Source: an uncultured bacterium | GTDB lineage: Bacteria; Eisenbacteria; RBG-16-71-46 | NCBI GenBank assembly: GCA_964619155.1 | Contig: CAZUEM010000007.1 | Location: forward strand, 1-50,711 | Direction: 5' to 3' | DNA length: 50,711 bases | Shown here: piece by piece, positions 10,432-19,492 of the stretch | Layout: every line of letters begins with the position of its first letter | Position numbering within the stretch: the first letter of the stretch is position 1 | Made by a program: the position numbers and the translations under genes | Notes under the pieces: generated by a model | What the model was told of the DNA's origin: nothing | The model's database searches: none | The model's input: only the letters and a program-made list of their open reading frames with translations

Positions 10432-11504
10432 AGGTGCTGGTGCACGGTGGTTCGGCGGCGGCGCCCGGCGGTCGGCTGCGCCCGGCGCTCGTGGGGCTGG
10501 CGCGCCGCGGGCACGACGTCCGCTGGTTCGGCCCGGGCGCGCCGGAGGAGCCGGGGATCGTCCCCGTGGCGGCGGGCCGCGACCTCGCCGGCCTCGGGGT
10601 GGACGCGGTCGTGGGCGGGCCCGGCGTCGTGGCGGTCGCGTTCGCGGGCTGGCGGGCGGGGGCGCGGGTGCTGCTCGCCGCGACGGACGAGCGGGCGATG
10701 GAGCGCTGGACGCTCGTGGACCGCTGGGCATGGGACTCGCTGCACGCCGGTGCGCTGATCGAGGAAGCGGACGCCGCGGCCGCGCGCATGCACGCGCGCG
10801 AACTGCCGCTCGAGCGTTTCGCGCTGTGGGCCGGGGAGCCCGCGCCCGCCGCGCCGGACGTGACGCATGCCGACGTCGAGATCCTCGAGCGCGCGCTCGA
10901 GCGCGCCCTGGCGCGGCAGGCCCGGCGCGGTCCGCGCCCGGCGGCGTTCCTCGACCGCGACGGCACGCTGGTCGCGGAACGCGGCTACCTCGCCGACCCG
11001 GGCGGTCTCGCACTGCTGCCCGGCGTTCCGGCGGCGCTCCGGGCGATGCGCGACGCGGGCATCCCGCTCATCGTGATCTCGAACCAGGCCGGCGTGGGCC
11101 GCGGGCTCTTCCCGCTTTCGCGCGTCCACGAGGTGATGGCGGAACTGCGGCGGCGGCTGCGCGCGGAGGGCGTCGAACTGGACGCGGTCTACTTCTGTCC
11201 GCACGCGCCGGGGGACGGCTGCGGCTGCCGCAAGCCGGGCACGGACCTGCTCGTGCGGGCCGCCGAGGACCAGTGCGTGGCGCTCGCCTCGTCCATGATG
11301 GTCGGGGACAAGCGGCTCGACGCCGCGACCGGGCAGGCCGCCGGGGGCTTCGGCGTGCTGGTGCGGACGGGCTACGGCCGCGAGGAGGAATCCCGCGCGG
11401 ACGACGGCGAGTTCCCGCGGCGGCCGGACCACGTCTTCGACGGCCTGCCGGAGGCCGCGGCGTGGTTCATCGCGGGCACCGAGGCGCATTTCGGGACGGC
11501 CTGA
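10428..11504 (+). CDS. gmhB: D-glycero-D-manno-heptose 1,7-bisphosphate phosphatase (GmhB, HAD-IIIA) fused to an N-terminal ~175-aa domain
   Basis: ATG 10428 overlaps the upstream stop (ATGA). The C-terminal half carries FLDRDGTL, ISNQAGVGRG, CPHAPGDGCGCRKP and MVGDKRLD, which are GmhB signatures. The N-terminal half (MKVLVHGGS...) looks like half of a GT-B Rossmann domain. Confidence 0.8.
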   Translation: MKVLVHGGSAAAPGGRLRPALVGLARRGHDVRWFGPGAPEEPGIVPVAAGRDLAGLGVDAVVGGPGVVAVAFAGWRAGARVLLAATDERAMERWTLVDRWAWDSLHAGALIEEADAAAARMHARELPLERFALWAGEPAPAAPDVTHADVEILERALERALARQARRGPRPAAFLDRDGTLVAERGYLADPGGLALLPGVPAALRAMRDAGIPLIVISNQAGVGRGLFPLSRVHEVMAELRRRLRAEGVELDAVYFCPHAPGDGCGCRKPGTDLLVRAAEDQCVALASSMMVGDKRLDAATGQAAGGFGVLVRTGYGREEESRADDGEFPRRPDHVFDGLPEAAAWFIAGTEAHFGTA

Positions 11505-11511
11505 GCCGTCC
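11494..11511. terminator. short hairpin between convergent gmhB and DUF4388 genes
   Basis: GGACGGC-CTGA-GCCGTCC, a 7-bp stem with a 4-nt loop that contains the gmhB stop codon. No U-tract. It is the only structure in the 22-nt convergent gap. Confidence 0.25.
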
Positions 11512-11526
11512 TGGCGCTGGCCCTCC

Positions 11527-12624
11527 TCAGCGGTGGGGGCGCAGCTCGAGCCAGTAGGCCTGCCCGGAGGCGTCGGCGCGATAGGCGAGCACGTACCCGG
11601 GCAGCGTGACCTGGTCGCGGGCGATCCACCGGTCCTCGACGAGGTCCTCGATGCGCGGCGGGTAGTTGCCGCGCTCGCGGTGGAACAGTTCGAGCGCGTA
11701 GCGCAGGTCGCGCTCCTGCGCGGCCGCGAACACGTCGCGGGCGGGCTGGGCGGCGGCGGGCGAGGGCAGTTGCGCGGCCAGGGTGCGCAGGCCGAACACG
11801 GCCGCCAGCACGGCGGCGGACAGCGCGAGGTCGCGCGCGATCCGCCCGCGGCCGCCGCGCGGGGGCTGCGGCTTCGCCGGGACCGCGGCGGGCGCGGGCG
11901 CCGGAACCTTGCCGGGGGCGCGGCGGCCCACGAACTCGATCCAGTTCGAGTCGTGCATCCGCTGCAGCGCTTCGTAGGCCTCGTACTCGGTGAGCGGCGC
12001 GGCCTCGAGGATCTCGGCCACCGTGTGCTGGCCGTCGATGATGCCGAACAGTTCGCGCTCCTCCTCGGAGAGCGGCTCGTCCGGGTCGGGAAGGTCGCGC
12101 ACGCCGAGCAGCTGGTGGGGGTCCTTGAAGAGCGTGACGAAGCGCTTCTGCTCGTCCACGCGGCGCGACGCCTCGATGAGGGCGCCTTCGACGCTCAAGG
12201 AGGCCACCGGCGGGTGCGGCCACCTGGCGTTCGGGTCGAAGCGGTAGTTGCCGTTCTCCCAGCGCACGATGCGCATCAGCTCCTCGAGGATCTGGCGCTC
12301 CACGTAGTGCGCCAGTTCCTGGCCGTCGAGGTAACGGCCGTTGAGGAGCAGGTCCTCGAGGTCGCGCGACGACTCACGCTGGATGCTCAGGATGCCGCGG
12401 TGCTGCTCCTCGGACAGCCGCTTGGTCTCGAGCAGGAACGCGAGCAGCGGGTCGTCCTTGGCGGGGCCGGGCCCGCGGGTCGAGACGATGCGCCCGTCGA
12501 TCACCCAGACGCAGGCGCGCTCGGTGTTCCACTCGAGCGTCAGGCAGCCGCTCTTCCGCTGCGTGCCGATGAGCTGGAGGATCTCGGTGGAGGCGAAGTC
12601 GCGGAGATTGCCCTGGAGCGCCAT
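11527..12624 (-). CDS. DUF4388 domain protein with C-terminal TM segment and small periplasmic domain
   Basis: 365 aa. The N-terminus LQGNLRDFASTEILQLIGTQRKSGCLTLE...VWVIDGRIV is the DUF4388 pattern. A Pro/Ala linker is followed by a TM helix (LALSAAVLAAVFGL) and an ~85-aa tail. Confidence 0.75.
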   Translation of the reverse strand: MALQGNLRDFASTEILQLIGTQRKSGCLTLEWNTERACVWVIDGRIVSTRGPGPAKDDPLLAFLLETKRLSEEQHRGILSIQRESSRDLEDLLLNGRYLDGQELAHYVERQILEELMRIVRWENGNYRFDPNARWPHPPVASLSVEGALIEASRRVDEQKRFVTLFKDPHQLLGVRDLPDPDEPLSEEERELFGIIDGQHTVAEILEAAPLTEYEAYEALQRMHDSNWIEFVGRRAPGKVPAPAPAAVPAKPQPPRGGRGRIARDLALSAAVLAAVFGLRTLAAQLPSPAAAQPARDVFAAAQERDLRYALELFHRERGNYPPRIEDLVEDRWIARDQVTLPGYVLAYRADASGQAYWLELRPHR

Positions 12625-12631
12625 GACCGGC

Positions 12632-14713
12632 CTACGCGGCTTCCGGCGTCACGCGCCGGGTGGCCTGGGTGATGCGTCCGCGCTGGGACGCGGCGAGCGC
12701 GGCGTCGCGCGCGCGCTCGCGCGCGTGCAGCCGCAGGTAGCCGAGGACGGAGACCGCGAGGACGAGCGCGTAGCCGCCGAGCAGGACGGCCGCGGGGACC
12801 TCCTGCGCCGACAGCCCGAGGCGCGGCTCGATCGCGAACGGCGGCGGCGCGCCGATCCAGGCGCGCGCCATCAGCGTGCCGGCGGCGAGCAGCGCGACCG
12901 CCGTGAAGACGCGGCGCTGGGCGAGGTGCCCGTAGCCGGGCAGGAGCATCGCCAGGGCCATGCGGACGAGGTGGGAGCGGCGGCCGATCGCGAAGCGGTG
13001 CCGCGCGAGCAGGACGCGCGCGAACTCGGCCGTCTCGCCCTGCGCCTCGACGCCCACGCATGCCTCGCACAGCGCGTGCTCGCGGCGCCGCTCCGCGCAG
13101 CGGCGGCAGACGATGGCCCCGCAGTTGCCGCACGCCCGCAGCGGCACGTCGCGCTGCTGGCGCAGGCCGAGCAGCAGGCCGGCCAGCGCCAGCACGGCGG
13201 CCGCGATGGCGTGCCGCCAGCCGGAGGTTTCCACGTGGCGGCGAAGCGATACGGGCAGCGAGCCGGTGAGGTCGGCGGGCAGGGGCGCGTCGGCGAGGGC
13301 CTTCCAGAAGATCCGCGGCGTCATCCACTGGTCGGCGAGCGGGAGCGCGCCGTCGCTGGTGGCCTGCGCCTGGTAGCGCTTGACCAGCTCGAAGTTCACG
13401 GCGGACGCGCGCTGCAGGTGCTCGTTGGCCTTCGGGTAGTCGAAGCGCAGCGTGTGGATCTGCGCGGCGTTGAAGTGGGGCGCGGCGGTGGCCGGATGGG
13501 CGGCGATCGCGCGATCGTAGGCGGCGAGCGCCTCGTCGAAGCGGCCGGCGGCGGCGAGCACGTTGCCGAGGTTGTTCCAGGCCCGGTCGTCGTCGGGGCG
13601 CAGCTCGGCGGCGCGCCGGTAGGCGCGCTCGGCCACGTCGAGGTGGCCGCCGCGGCGGGCCGTCCAGCCGAGCCCGAAGTGGAGGATGGGATTGGCGGGG
13701 TGCGCGGCGGTGAGCCCGGCCAACCGGGCCTCGCGGGCCGGGTCGTACTTCGCGTTCTCGAGCGTGGGCACGGCGTAGAAGGGTGGCGCGTTCTCGTGCA
13801 GCGGTAGCGACATGCGCTCCACGACGCGCAGCGTGAGCGGCATGGTGGCCGTCGCGCCGAGGAGGAGCACGAAGAGCGCGCGCTCGCGCAGCCGCAGGTG
13901 CGGCCACAGCACGCCGAGGAAGAACAGGGTGGGGAGCGTCCACCCGAAGCCCGCGAGGTAGGCGAGGACGGCCAGCGCGGGCCCCCACGCCCGGGCCGCG
14001 CGCGGCGAGGCGAAGCGCGCCAGTTCCTCCTGCCACACGTGCGTCAACTCGCGGCGGCGGAGCCAGGCCACGAGCATGGCGGCGAACAGCAGTCCGGCGA
14101 ACAGCGACTCCAGGAGCAGGATGGTGGCGTTCGCGACCAGGTTGAGCTGCAGCGAAAAGTTCTGGCGCAGCAGTTCGACCACCGTCGCGTAGTGGAGCAG
14201 CGCCTGGCTCGGGTCGCGGACCAGCGTCCACGAGGCGAGCGTCAGGTGCGGCTCGATGAACGACGGGTCGAGTTCCGACGCTCCCCGCACGTCGAGCACG
14301 GCCTCGTCCTCCTGTCCCGCCTGGCGGACCATGAGGCCGCGGCGGTAGAAGAGGCGGGCTTCGTCGGGGAGCGACGCGAGGTGGGCGGCCGCGCGGTAGT
14401 CCACCCACTCCTGGACATGGCGCAGGTCCGCGGGCGGCGCGGGGGCCGCGGTCGCGGGTTTCGCGGCGGGCGCGGCTGCGGGCGCGACCGCGCGGGGAGC
14501 GCTCGCGACGGGGGCCTCGACGGCCGCCGCGGGGATGGCGATGAAGTCGGGAGCCGGCGCGGAGAGCGAGTCCGCCTGCGCGCGCGCCGGGACGGGGAGG
14601 AGGGCGCCCGCCAGCGCCGCGGCGAGGACCGCGCCGGCCAGCGCGCCCGGCGGCGCGAGCGTGCGGCGTCGCTTCCGGGCTTCGACGTGCGATGTGAGGA
14701 CCCTGGGGGCCAT
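12632..14713 (-). CDS. polytopic membrane protein with TPR repeats and an internal 4-Cys motif
   Basis: 693 aa. Has a signal/TM N-terminus, several hydrophobic helices, TPR-like repeats (AERAYRRAAELRPDDDRAWNNLGNVLAAAGRFDEALAAYDRAI) and CGNCGAIVCRRC...LCEAC. An 8-nt gap to the DUF4388 gene suggests an operon. Confidence 0.65.
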   Translation of the reverse strand: MAPRVLTSHVEARKRRRTLAPPGALAGAVLAAALAGALLPVPARAQADSLSAPAPDFIAIPAAAVEAPVASAPRAVAPAAAPAAKPATAAPAPPADLRHVQEWVDYRAAAHLASLPDEARLFYRRGLMVRQAGQEDEAVLDVRGASELDPSFIEPHLTLASWTLVRDPSQALLHYATVVELLRQNFSLQLNLVANATILLLESLFAGLLFAAMLVAWLRRRELTHVWQEELARFASPRAARAWGPALAVLAYLAGFGWTLPTLFFLGVLWPHLRLRERALFVLLLGATATMPLTLRVVERMSLPLHENAPPFYAVPTLENAKYDPAREARLAGLTAAHPANPILHFGLGWTARRGGHLDVAERAYRRAAELRPDDDRAWNNLGNVLAAAGRFDEALAAYDRAIAAHPATAAPHFNAAQIHTLRFDYPKANEHLQRASAVNFELVKRYQAQATSDGALPLADQWMTPRIFWKALADAPLPADLTGSLPVSLRRHVETSGWRHAIAAAVLALAGLLLGLRQQRDVPLRACGNCGAIVCRRCAERRREHALCEACVGVEAQGETAEFARVLLARHRFAIGRRSHLVRMALAMLLPGYGHLAQRRVFTAVALLAAGTLMARAWIGAPPPFAIEPRLGLSAQEVPAAVLLGGYALVLAVSVLGYLRLHARERARDAALAASQRGRITQATRRVTPEAA

Positions 14714-14717
14714 TCCC

Positions 14718-14746
14718 TTGACACTCCGGATGGGCGCTCCTACCTT
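14718..14746 (+). promoter_or_regulatory. putative sigma70-type promoter upstream of asnS (TTGACA-N17-TACCTT)
   Basis: TTGACA at 14718-14723, a 17-nt spacer, and TACCTT at 14741-14746, in the divergent intergenic region. Confidence 0.45.
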
Positions 14747-14804
14747 GCGGCTCGATCGCCCGCGTTATCGGCGGACAGTCTGGAACGCTTGAGAGGGTTC
14801 TCCG

Positions 14805-14869
14805 GCTCCCGATTCCGTGTTTCCCGGCCCGCGCGGCGCCCGCGCACGGCCCCCGGAAGGGAGCTTTTT
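14805..14869 (+). promoter_or_regulatory. GC-rich extended hairpin followed by T5 in the asnS leader (attenuator-like)
   Basis: GCTCCC (14805-10) pairs with GGGAGC (14859-64), enclosing further stems (CCGTG 14815-19 with CACGG 14845-49). TTTTT follows directly at 14865-69. T-runs are very rare in this window. Confidence 0.3.
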
Positions 14870-14900
14870 CGTTCGGGTTGGACCCTGGGAGCATCTCGCC

Positions 14901-16217
14901 ATGAGTGACACGTCGATCGCGCCGCCCCCCTGGATCCGGGTCGGACAGGCTGCCGGGCACGTCGGGGAGCGCGTCGAGATCCGCGGCTGGGTGCTCCACC
15001 GCCGCTCCAGCGGCAAGGTGCAGTTCCTCGTCCTGCGCGACGGCTCGGGCCAGATCCAGTGCGTGGCCGGCGTGCGGGACCTGCCGCCCGAGCAGTGGGA
15101 GGCCAGCGCGGCGCTCACGCAGGAATCGGCGGTGATCGTGCGCGGCACGCTCAAGGCGGACGCCCGGCAGGTGGGGGGCGTGGAACTCGGGCTCGACGGC
15201 CTGACGGTGGTCTCGACAGCGCCGGAATACCCGATCACGCCCAAGGAACACGGCACCGACTTCCTGATGGACCACCGCCACCTGTGGCTGCGCTCGCCGC
15301 GCCAGCAGGCGATCCTGCGCATCCGCGCTGAGATCATCGCCGGCTTCCGGGAGTTCATGGACCGCGAGGGCTTCGTGCTCGTGGACGCGCCGATCTTCAC
15401 GCCCAGCGCGTGCGAGGGCACGACGACGCTCTTCGAGACGCAGTACTTCGACGACAAGGCGTACCTGACGCAGAGCGGCCAGCTTTACATGGAGGCCGCC
15501 GCGATGGCGTTCGGGCGCGCCTACTGCTTCGGCCCCGCGTTCCGCGCCGAGAAGAGCAAGACGCGCCGGCACCTGATCGAGTTCTGGATGATGGAGCCCG
15601 AGTGGGCGTTCGCGACGCTCGAGGACGTGATTGCGCTCGAGGAGCGGCTGCTCGTGGACGTGGTGGCGCGCGTGCTGGACCGCCGCGGCGAGGACCTCAA
15701 GACGGTCGAGCGCGACACCTCGAAGCTCGAGAAGGTGCGCGGACCGTTCCCTCGCATCCACTACGACGACGCCGTGCGCATGCTCCACGAGGCGGGCCGC
15801 GAGTTCGAGTACGGCGGCGACTTCGGGGCGCCCGACGAGACGGAACTGTCGGGCCGTTACGACACCCCGGTGTTCGTGACGAACTACCCGGCCGCGGTGA
15901 AGGCGTTCTACATGGAGCCGGATCCGAAGAACCCTGCGCTCTGCCTGTCCTGCGACTGCCTCGCGCCCGAGGGCTACGGCGAGATCGTCGGTGGCGGCCA
16001 GCGCATGGCGTCGCTGGACCTGCTGACCCGCCGGATCGACGAGCACGGCCTGCCGCAGTCGGCCTTCGAGTGGTACAAGGACCTGCGCCGGTACGGCTCG
16101 GTCCCGCATGCGGGCTTCGGGATCGGGGTGGAGCGGACGCTCGCCTGGATCGCGGGCCTCGACCACGTGCGCGAGAGCATTCCGTTCCCGCGCATGCTCT
16201 ACCGGCTGGCGCCGTGA
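14901..16217 (+). CDS. asnS: asparagine--tRNA ligase
   Basis: ATG 14901 (GGGAG upstream) within ORF 14817..16217. N-terminal OB domain ([26 protein letters not shown]) and class IIb motifs ([34 protein letters not shown]). Confidence 0.9.
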   Translation: MSDTSIAPPPWIRVGQAAGHVGERVEIRGWVLHRRSSGKVQFLVLRDGSGQIQCVAGVRDLPPEQWEASAALTQESAVIVRGTLKADARQVGGVELGLDGLTVVSTAPEYPITPKEHGTDFLMDHRHLWLRSPRQQAILRIRAEIIAGFREFMDREGFVLVDAPIFTPSACEGTTTLFETQYFDDKAYLTQSGQLYMEAAAMAFGRAYCFGPAFRAEKSKTRRHLIEFWMMEPEWAFATLEDVIALEERLLVDVVARVLDRRGEDLKTVERDTSKLEKVRGPFPRIHYDDAVRMLHEAGREFEYGGDFGAPDETELSGRYDTPVFVTNYPAAVKAFYMEPDPKNPALCLSCDCLAPEGYGEIVGGGQRMASLDLLTRRIDEHGLPQSAFEWYKDLRRYGSVPHAGFGIGVERTLAWIAGLDHVRESIPFPRMLYRLAP

Positions 16218-16281
16218 CGTGCGCGGCGAGAGCGGTTCGCGGTCCCCGTCCGGGGGGCGGCCGGCCGCACAGAGCTTTGCA

Positions 16282-16311
16282 TTGACATGCGTTACGCCCC
16301 CTCCCTACACT
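16282..16311 (+). promoter_or_regulatory. putative sigma70-type promoter (TTGACA-N18-TACACT) upstream of PstS-like gene
   Basis: TTGACA at 16282-16287 and TACACT at 16306-16311. The ATG at 16287 used by the ORF track lies inside the -35 element. Confidence 0.35.
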
Positions 16312-16322
16312 CAGGCCACTTC

Positions 16323-17255
16323 GTGACCCGGAGCGCCGGACGTGTTGCCCACCGTCCGGTCGTGCTCCTGCTGGTGTGCGCCCTCTTCGGCCTCTCCGGG
16401 TGCGCGCCGGATCGCTCCCTTCGATCCGTGGAAGATTCCGAGACCAGCGGGCGTATCAAGATCGTCTGCTCGCCCGAGTTGCGGGCGATGATGGACCGGG
16501 AACTGGAAGCGTTTCGGAAGCTCTACCCGACCGCCGGCTTCGAGATGACGACCGGCGATTCGCGAGAGGGGGTGGCGGCCCTGATGAGCCAGACCGTGGA
16601 CCTCGTGGCTGCCGCCCGCGAGTTGGAGCTCGAGGAGCGCGACGTGCGCGTCAAAGGCGGGATGGAGATCGAAGGCTACCGGGTCGGGAAGGACGCCGTG
16701 TGCGTGCTCGTGCACCCCGGCAACCCGCTTCTCAGCCTCTCGCTCGAGGACCTTCGCCGCATCTACCTCGGCGAGGCGACGCGCTGGGAGGACGTGCGCG
16801 GCGCGGGCGGCGCCATCGTGCCGGTCATCCCGCCCCCCGGCGGCGACCTCATGGCGGCGTTCGTCCAGCGGGTGATGGGCGGGCAGGCGCCGACGGCGCC
16901 CGCGCGCCGCGCAGAGTCCGACTCGGCGGTCGCCGCGCTCGTGCTGGCCGACCCGCGCGCGATCGGTTTCACGTCCTCCGTCCACGCCGGGGGGGACGCG
17001 AAGGTGCTGCGCCTCTCGGCGCTGACCGGGCTGCCCGACTGGAAGCCGGACGCGCAGCGCGTCCACGACGGCGACTACCCGCTGTCGCGGGTGATCAACC
17101 TCTACGTCCGTTCGAAGGGCGCGAAGCTCGCGAACGGGCTCGTGACGTTCGTCTCGAGCCGCGACGGGCAGCAGATCCTCCACGAGTCCGGCTTCGTGCC
17201 GACCGCGGTGCCCGTGCGTTTCGTCCGACGCTCCCCGATGCTGGGCACGCACTGA
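16323..17255 (+). CDS. PstS-family (PBP-like 2) substrate-binding lipoprotein, orphan
   Basis: In-frame GTG 16323 gives a classical lipoprotein signal (RSAGRVAHRPVVLLLVCALFGLSGC). The body matches the phosphate-binding-protein-like fold pattern (GRIKIVCSPEL..., YPLSRVINLYV). No pstCAB genes are nearby. An alternative start is 16287. Confidence 0.7.
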   Translation: MTRSAGRVAHRPVVLLLVCALFGLSGCAPDRSLRSVEDSETSGRIKIVCSPELRAMMDRELEAFRKLYPTAGFEMTTGDSREGVAALMSQTVDLVAAARELELEERDVRVKGGMEIEGYRVGKDAVCVLVHPGNPLLSLSLEDLRRIYLGEATRWEDVRGAGGAIVPVIPPPGGDLMAAFVQRVMGGQAPTAPARRAESDSAVAALVLADPRAIGFTSSVHAGGDAKVLRLSALTGLPDWKPDAQRVHDGDYPLSRVINLYVRSKGAKLANGLVTFVSSRDGQQILHESGFVPTAVPVRFVRRSPMLGTH

Positions 17256-17281
17256 CCCTGAGGAGAAGCCAAGCGCAAGCC

Positions 17282-19063
17282 ATGAACAGCCAGATTCGCT
17301 ACCGGTGGACCGTTCGTTCGCTCCTCCTCCCGGCGGTCGCCTTCCTCGCCCTCGCGCTCGCCCCCGGGGCGGCGCGCGCGGACGACCTCAAGGACGCCCG
17401 GGCGGCGCTCGCGGCGGGCCAGAACGAGCAGGCGCTGCGGCTCTTCGAGCGCGTCGCGTCGCAGGGGTTCGCGGAGGGCCGGGCGGGCGTGGGGCAGGTG
17501 CACCTGCGCCGGCGCGACTACGTGCAGGCGAAGGCGGCGTTCGAGCAGGCCCAGAAGATGGACCCGAACCTCGCGCTGGCCTGGTACGGCCTCGGCGAGG
17601 TCGAGCGCCGCCAGGAGCGGTACGCCGAGGCGGTGCCGTTCTTCCAGAAGGCCGTCGAGATCGACCGCAAGTACCCGGAGGCCCAGCTCGCGCTCGGCGA
17701 GTGCCTCACGCAGGTGAAGAAGCACGACGAGGCCATCCGGGCGCTGAGCCCGGGCCTGAACTGGGGCACGAAGTGGAAGCCGCGCTTCCTGGTCGCGCTC
17801 GGCAACGTCGAGATGAGCCGCGACTCGCTGCGCGACGCCGGCATCTACTTCACGCAGGCCCAGCAGGCCGCGCCCGAGGACCCGGTCACGAACCGCGCCC
17901 TGGGCGACTTCTACCTCCGGCGCGGCATCGGCTCGCTGGCGGTCCCGAACTACGAGCGGGCCGTCGCGCTCGACAGCGGCGACGTGGAGCTTCGCTACGC
18001 CCTCGCGAAGGCGCTCGAGTACGACCAGCGCAACAACGACGCCCTCGAGGCCTACCAGGGCGTGGTCGGCCGCGACCCCGAGTTCGGCCCAGGGCAGCTG
18101 TCGCTCGGCAGCCTTCTCTACCGCGCCGGGCAGGCGGACCCCAAGCGCTACGCGGAGGCCCGGCCGTACCTCGAGAAGTACACGCAGCTCGCGCCGAACG
18201 ATCCGCGCGGCTGGAGCCTGCTCGGGCGCGACCTGTACTTCCTCAAGCTCAAGGACGAGGCCGTCGAGGCGATGACGAAGGCGGTCTCGCTGGGCGAGAA
18301 GAACAAGGACATGTACACGATCCTCGGCCGGGCCCAGGTGGACCGGAGGGAATGGCAGGCGGCGATCGACGCCTACGCCAAGGGCGAGCCGAACGTGACC
18401 GACCAGTTCAAGATCGGGCAGATGCTCGTCATCCTCGGCCGGCTGACGGAGGCCGACTCGATGTACAAGGCGATGATCGCCCGCGACTCGACGTCGAGCG
18501 ACGCGAAGTTCGCCATGGTGGAACTGGGCAAGCTGGCGTTCCGGCAGCGCGACTACCCGGCCGCCCTGGCGGCCCTGCAGCGCCGAATCCTGCTTGACCC
18601 GCCTTCGGACGAGGCTTACTACTACGCCGGGCTGTCCCACAAGGAACTCAAGCAGTTGCCCGAGGCCGTCACGGCGCTCCGCCAGGCGGCGGCGCTGGCC
18701 CCGGGCAAGGCCGACCGGCACTTCTGGCTGGGCCTCGTGCTCGCGTCCGCGGATTCCGTCGCGGAGGCGAACGCGGCCCTGTCGCGCATGGTGGAAATCG
18801 ACTCCACCAGCAAGAATGCCGCGATCGCCTACCAGCAGTTGGGTTACCGTGCGCTCCTCGAGAAGAGCTGGCCGCAGGCCATCGCCCTCCTCGAACGCTC
18901 GGCGTCCCTGGACGACAAGAACGTGATGACGCTCACCTGGCTCGCCCAGGGCTACCAGAACTCGGGAAACAAGGCGAAGGCGGTCGAGGTCTACCGGCGC
19001 GTCCTGTCCCTGCAGCCGGACAACGCGGACGCCAGGAACGGACTGAAGGTGCTCGGAGCCTGA
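17282..19063 (+). CDS. secreted tetratricopeptide-repeat protein
   Basis: ATG 17282 within ORF 16376..19063. Signal peptide (LLLPAVAFLALALAPGAARA) followed by more than 10 TPR-like repeats along the whole length. Confidence 0.8.
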   Translation: MNSQIRYRWTVRSLLLPAVAFLALALAPGAARADDLKDARAALAAGQNEQALRLFERVASQGFAEGRAGVGQVHLRRRDYVQAKAAFEQAQKMDPNLALAWYGLGEVERRQERYAEAVPFFQKAVEIDRKYPEAQLALGECLTQVKKHDEAIRALSPGLNWGTKWKPRFLVALGNVEMSRDSLRDAGIYFTQAQQAAPEDPVTNRALGDFYLRRGIGSLAVPNYERAVALDSGDVELRYALAKALEYDQRNNDALEAYQGVVGRDPEFGPGQLSLGSLLYRAGQADPKRYAEARPYLEKYTQLAPNDPRGWSLLGRDLYFLKLKDEAVEAMTKAVSLGEKNKDMYTILGRAQVDRREWQAAIDAYAKGEPNVTDQFKIGQMLVILGRLTEADSMYKAMIARDSTSSDAKFAMVELGKLAFRQRDYPAALAALQRRILLDPPSDEAYYYAGLSHKELKQLPEAVTALRQAAALAPGKADRHFWLGLVLASADSVAEANAALSRMVEIDSTSKNAAIAYQQLGYRALLEKSWPQAIALLERSASLDDKNVMTLTWLAQGYQNSGNKAKAVEVYRRVLSLQPDNADARNGLKVLGA

Positions 19064-19069
19064 GCCGGG

Positions 19070-19089
19070 CGTGCGGGACGCCCCGCACG
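19070..19089 (+). terminator. hairpin downstream of TPR gene
   Basis: C-GTGCGGG-ACGC-CCCGCAC-G, an 8-bp stem with no U-tract. It may be an intra-operon stabiliser rather than a terminator. Confidence 0.2.
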
Positions 19090-19116
19090 GCTCGCGGGAT
19101 CGGCACGGAGGGAAGG

Positions 19117-19473
19117 ATGGCATCTCTGAAGAGTCGGCAGGTGGGAAGCATCACGATCCTGCAGCCCAAGGGCTACCTCACGGGCGGCGAGGAGACCGAG
19201 GAGCTCGAGAAGGCCATCTCACAGCTCAATGCCGAGGGCAGCAAGCACCTCGTGATGAACCTGAGCGAGACGCAGCACCTGAACTCGACGGCGCTCGGCG
19301 TGTTCATCCGCGCGCGCGACCAGTTCATCCGCCGCGGCGGCCAGGTGAAACTGTGCTCGGTGGACAAGCGCATCGAGAACATCTTCGTGATCACCAAGCT
19401 GTCCATGGTGTTCGACGTCTACCCGACCGAGGAGCAGGCGATCGCCAGCTTCGCGGAGCGGGAATCCGTCTAG
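19117..19473 (+). CDS. STAS-domain protein (anti-sigma-factor antagonist family)
   Basis: 118 aa with a SpoIIAA/RsbV-like pattern. LVMNLSETQHLNSTALGVFI retains the Ser at the phosphorylatable position. Confidence 0.8.
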   Translation: MASLKSRQVGSITILQPKGYLTGGEETEELEKAISQLNAEGSKHLVMNLSETQHLNSTALGVFIRARDQFIRRGGQVKLCSVDKRIENIFVITKLSMVFDVYPTEEQAIASFAERESV

Positions 19474-19492
19474 GTCCCGCGGGGGGGTCGTC

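Noticed and set aside
14747-14900. A T-box riboswitch in the asnS leader.
   Set aside because: The leader is only about 150 nt. I could not find the T-box consensus (AANNNGGGUGGNACCGCG) or a specifier-loop arrangement. It is kept only as a generic attenuator-like hairpin.
12540-16166. Very long alternate-frame or antisense ORFs. Examples: 12540..16166 (-) 1208 aa, 27967..32253 (-) 1428 aa, 23342..26056 (-) 904 aa, 41555..43924 (-) 789 aa, 8722..11013 (-) 763 aa, and many plus-strand off-frame ORFs.
   Set aside because: Their translations are Arg/Ala/Pro/Gly-rich low complexity with no recognisable motifs. They run antisense or out of frame to genes with unambiguous homology (asnS, uvrA, TolC/MacA, opp, proS). 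Stop-codon scarcity at about 75% GC explains them.
16261-16272. The 12-nt perfect palindrome GCGGCCGGCCGC downstream of asnS, and similar short GC palindromes elsewhere.
   Set aside because: It is too short, has no loop, and is expected by chance in about 75% GC DNA. It gives no support as a terminator or binding site.
16287-16322. ATG 16287 as the start of the PstS-like gene, and 22615 as the start of the Yip1 gene.
   Set aside because: Both lie inside or upstream of well-formed promoter-like elements. Downstream in-frame starts (16323 and 22699) give a proper lipoprotein signal peptide and an RBS respectively. This is not excluded, only judged less likely.
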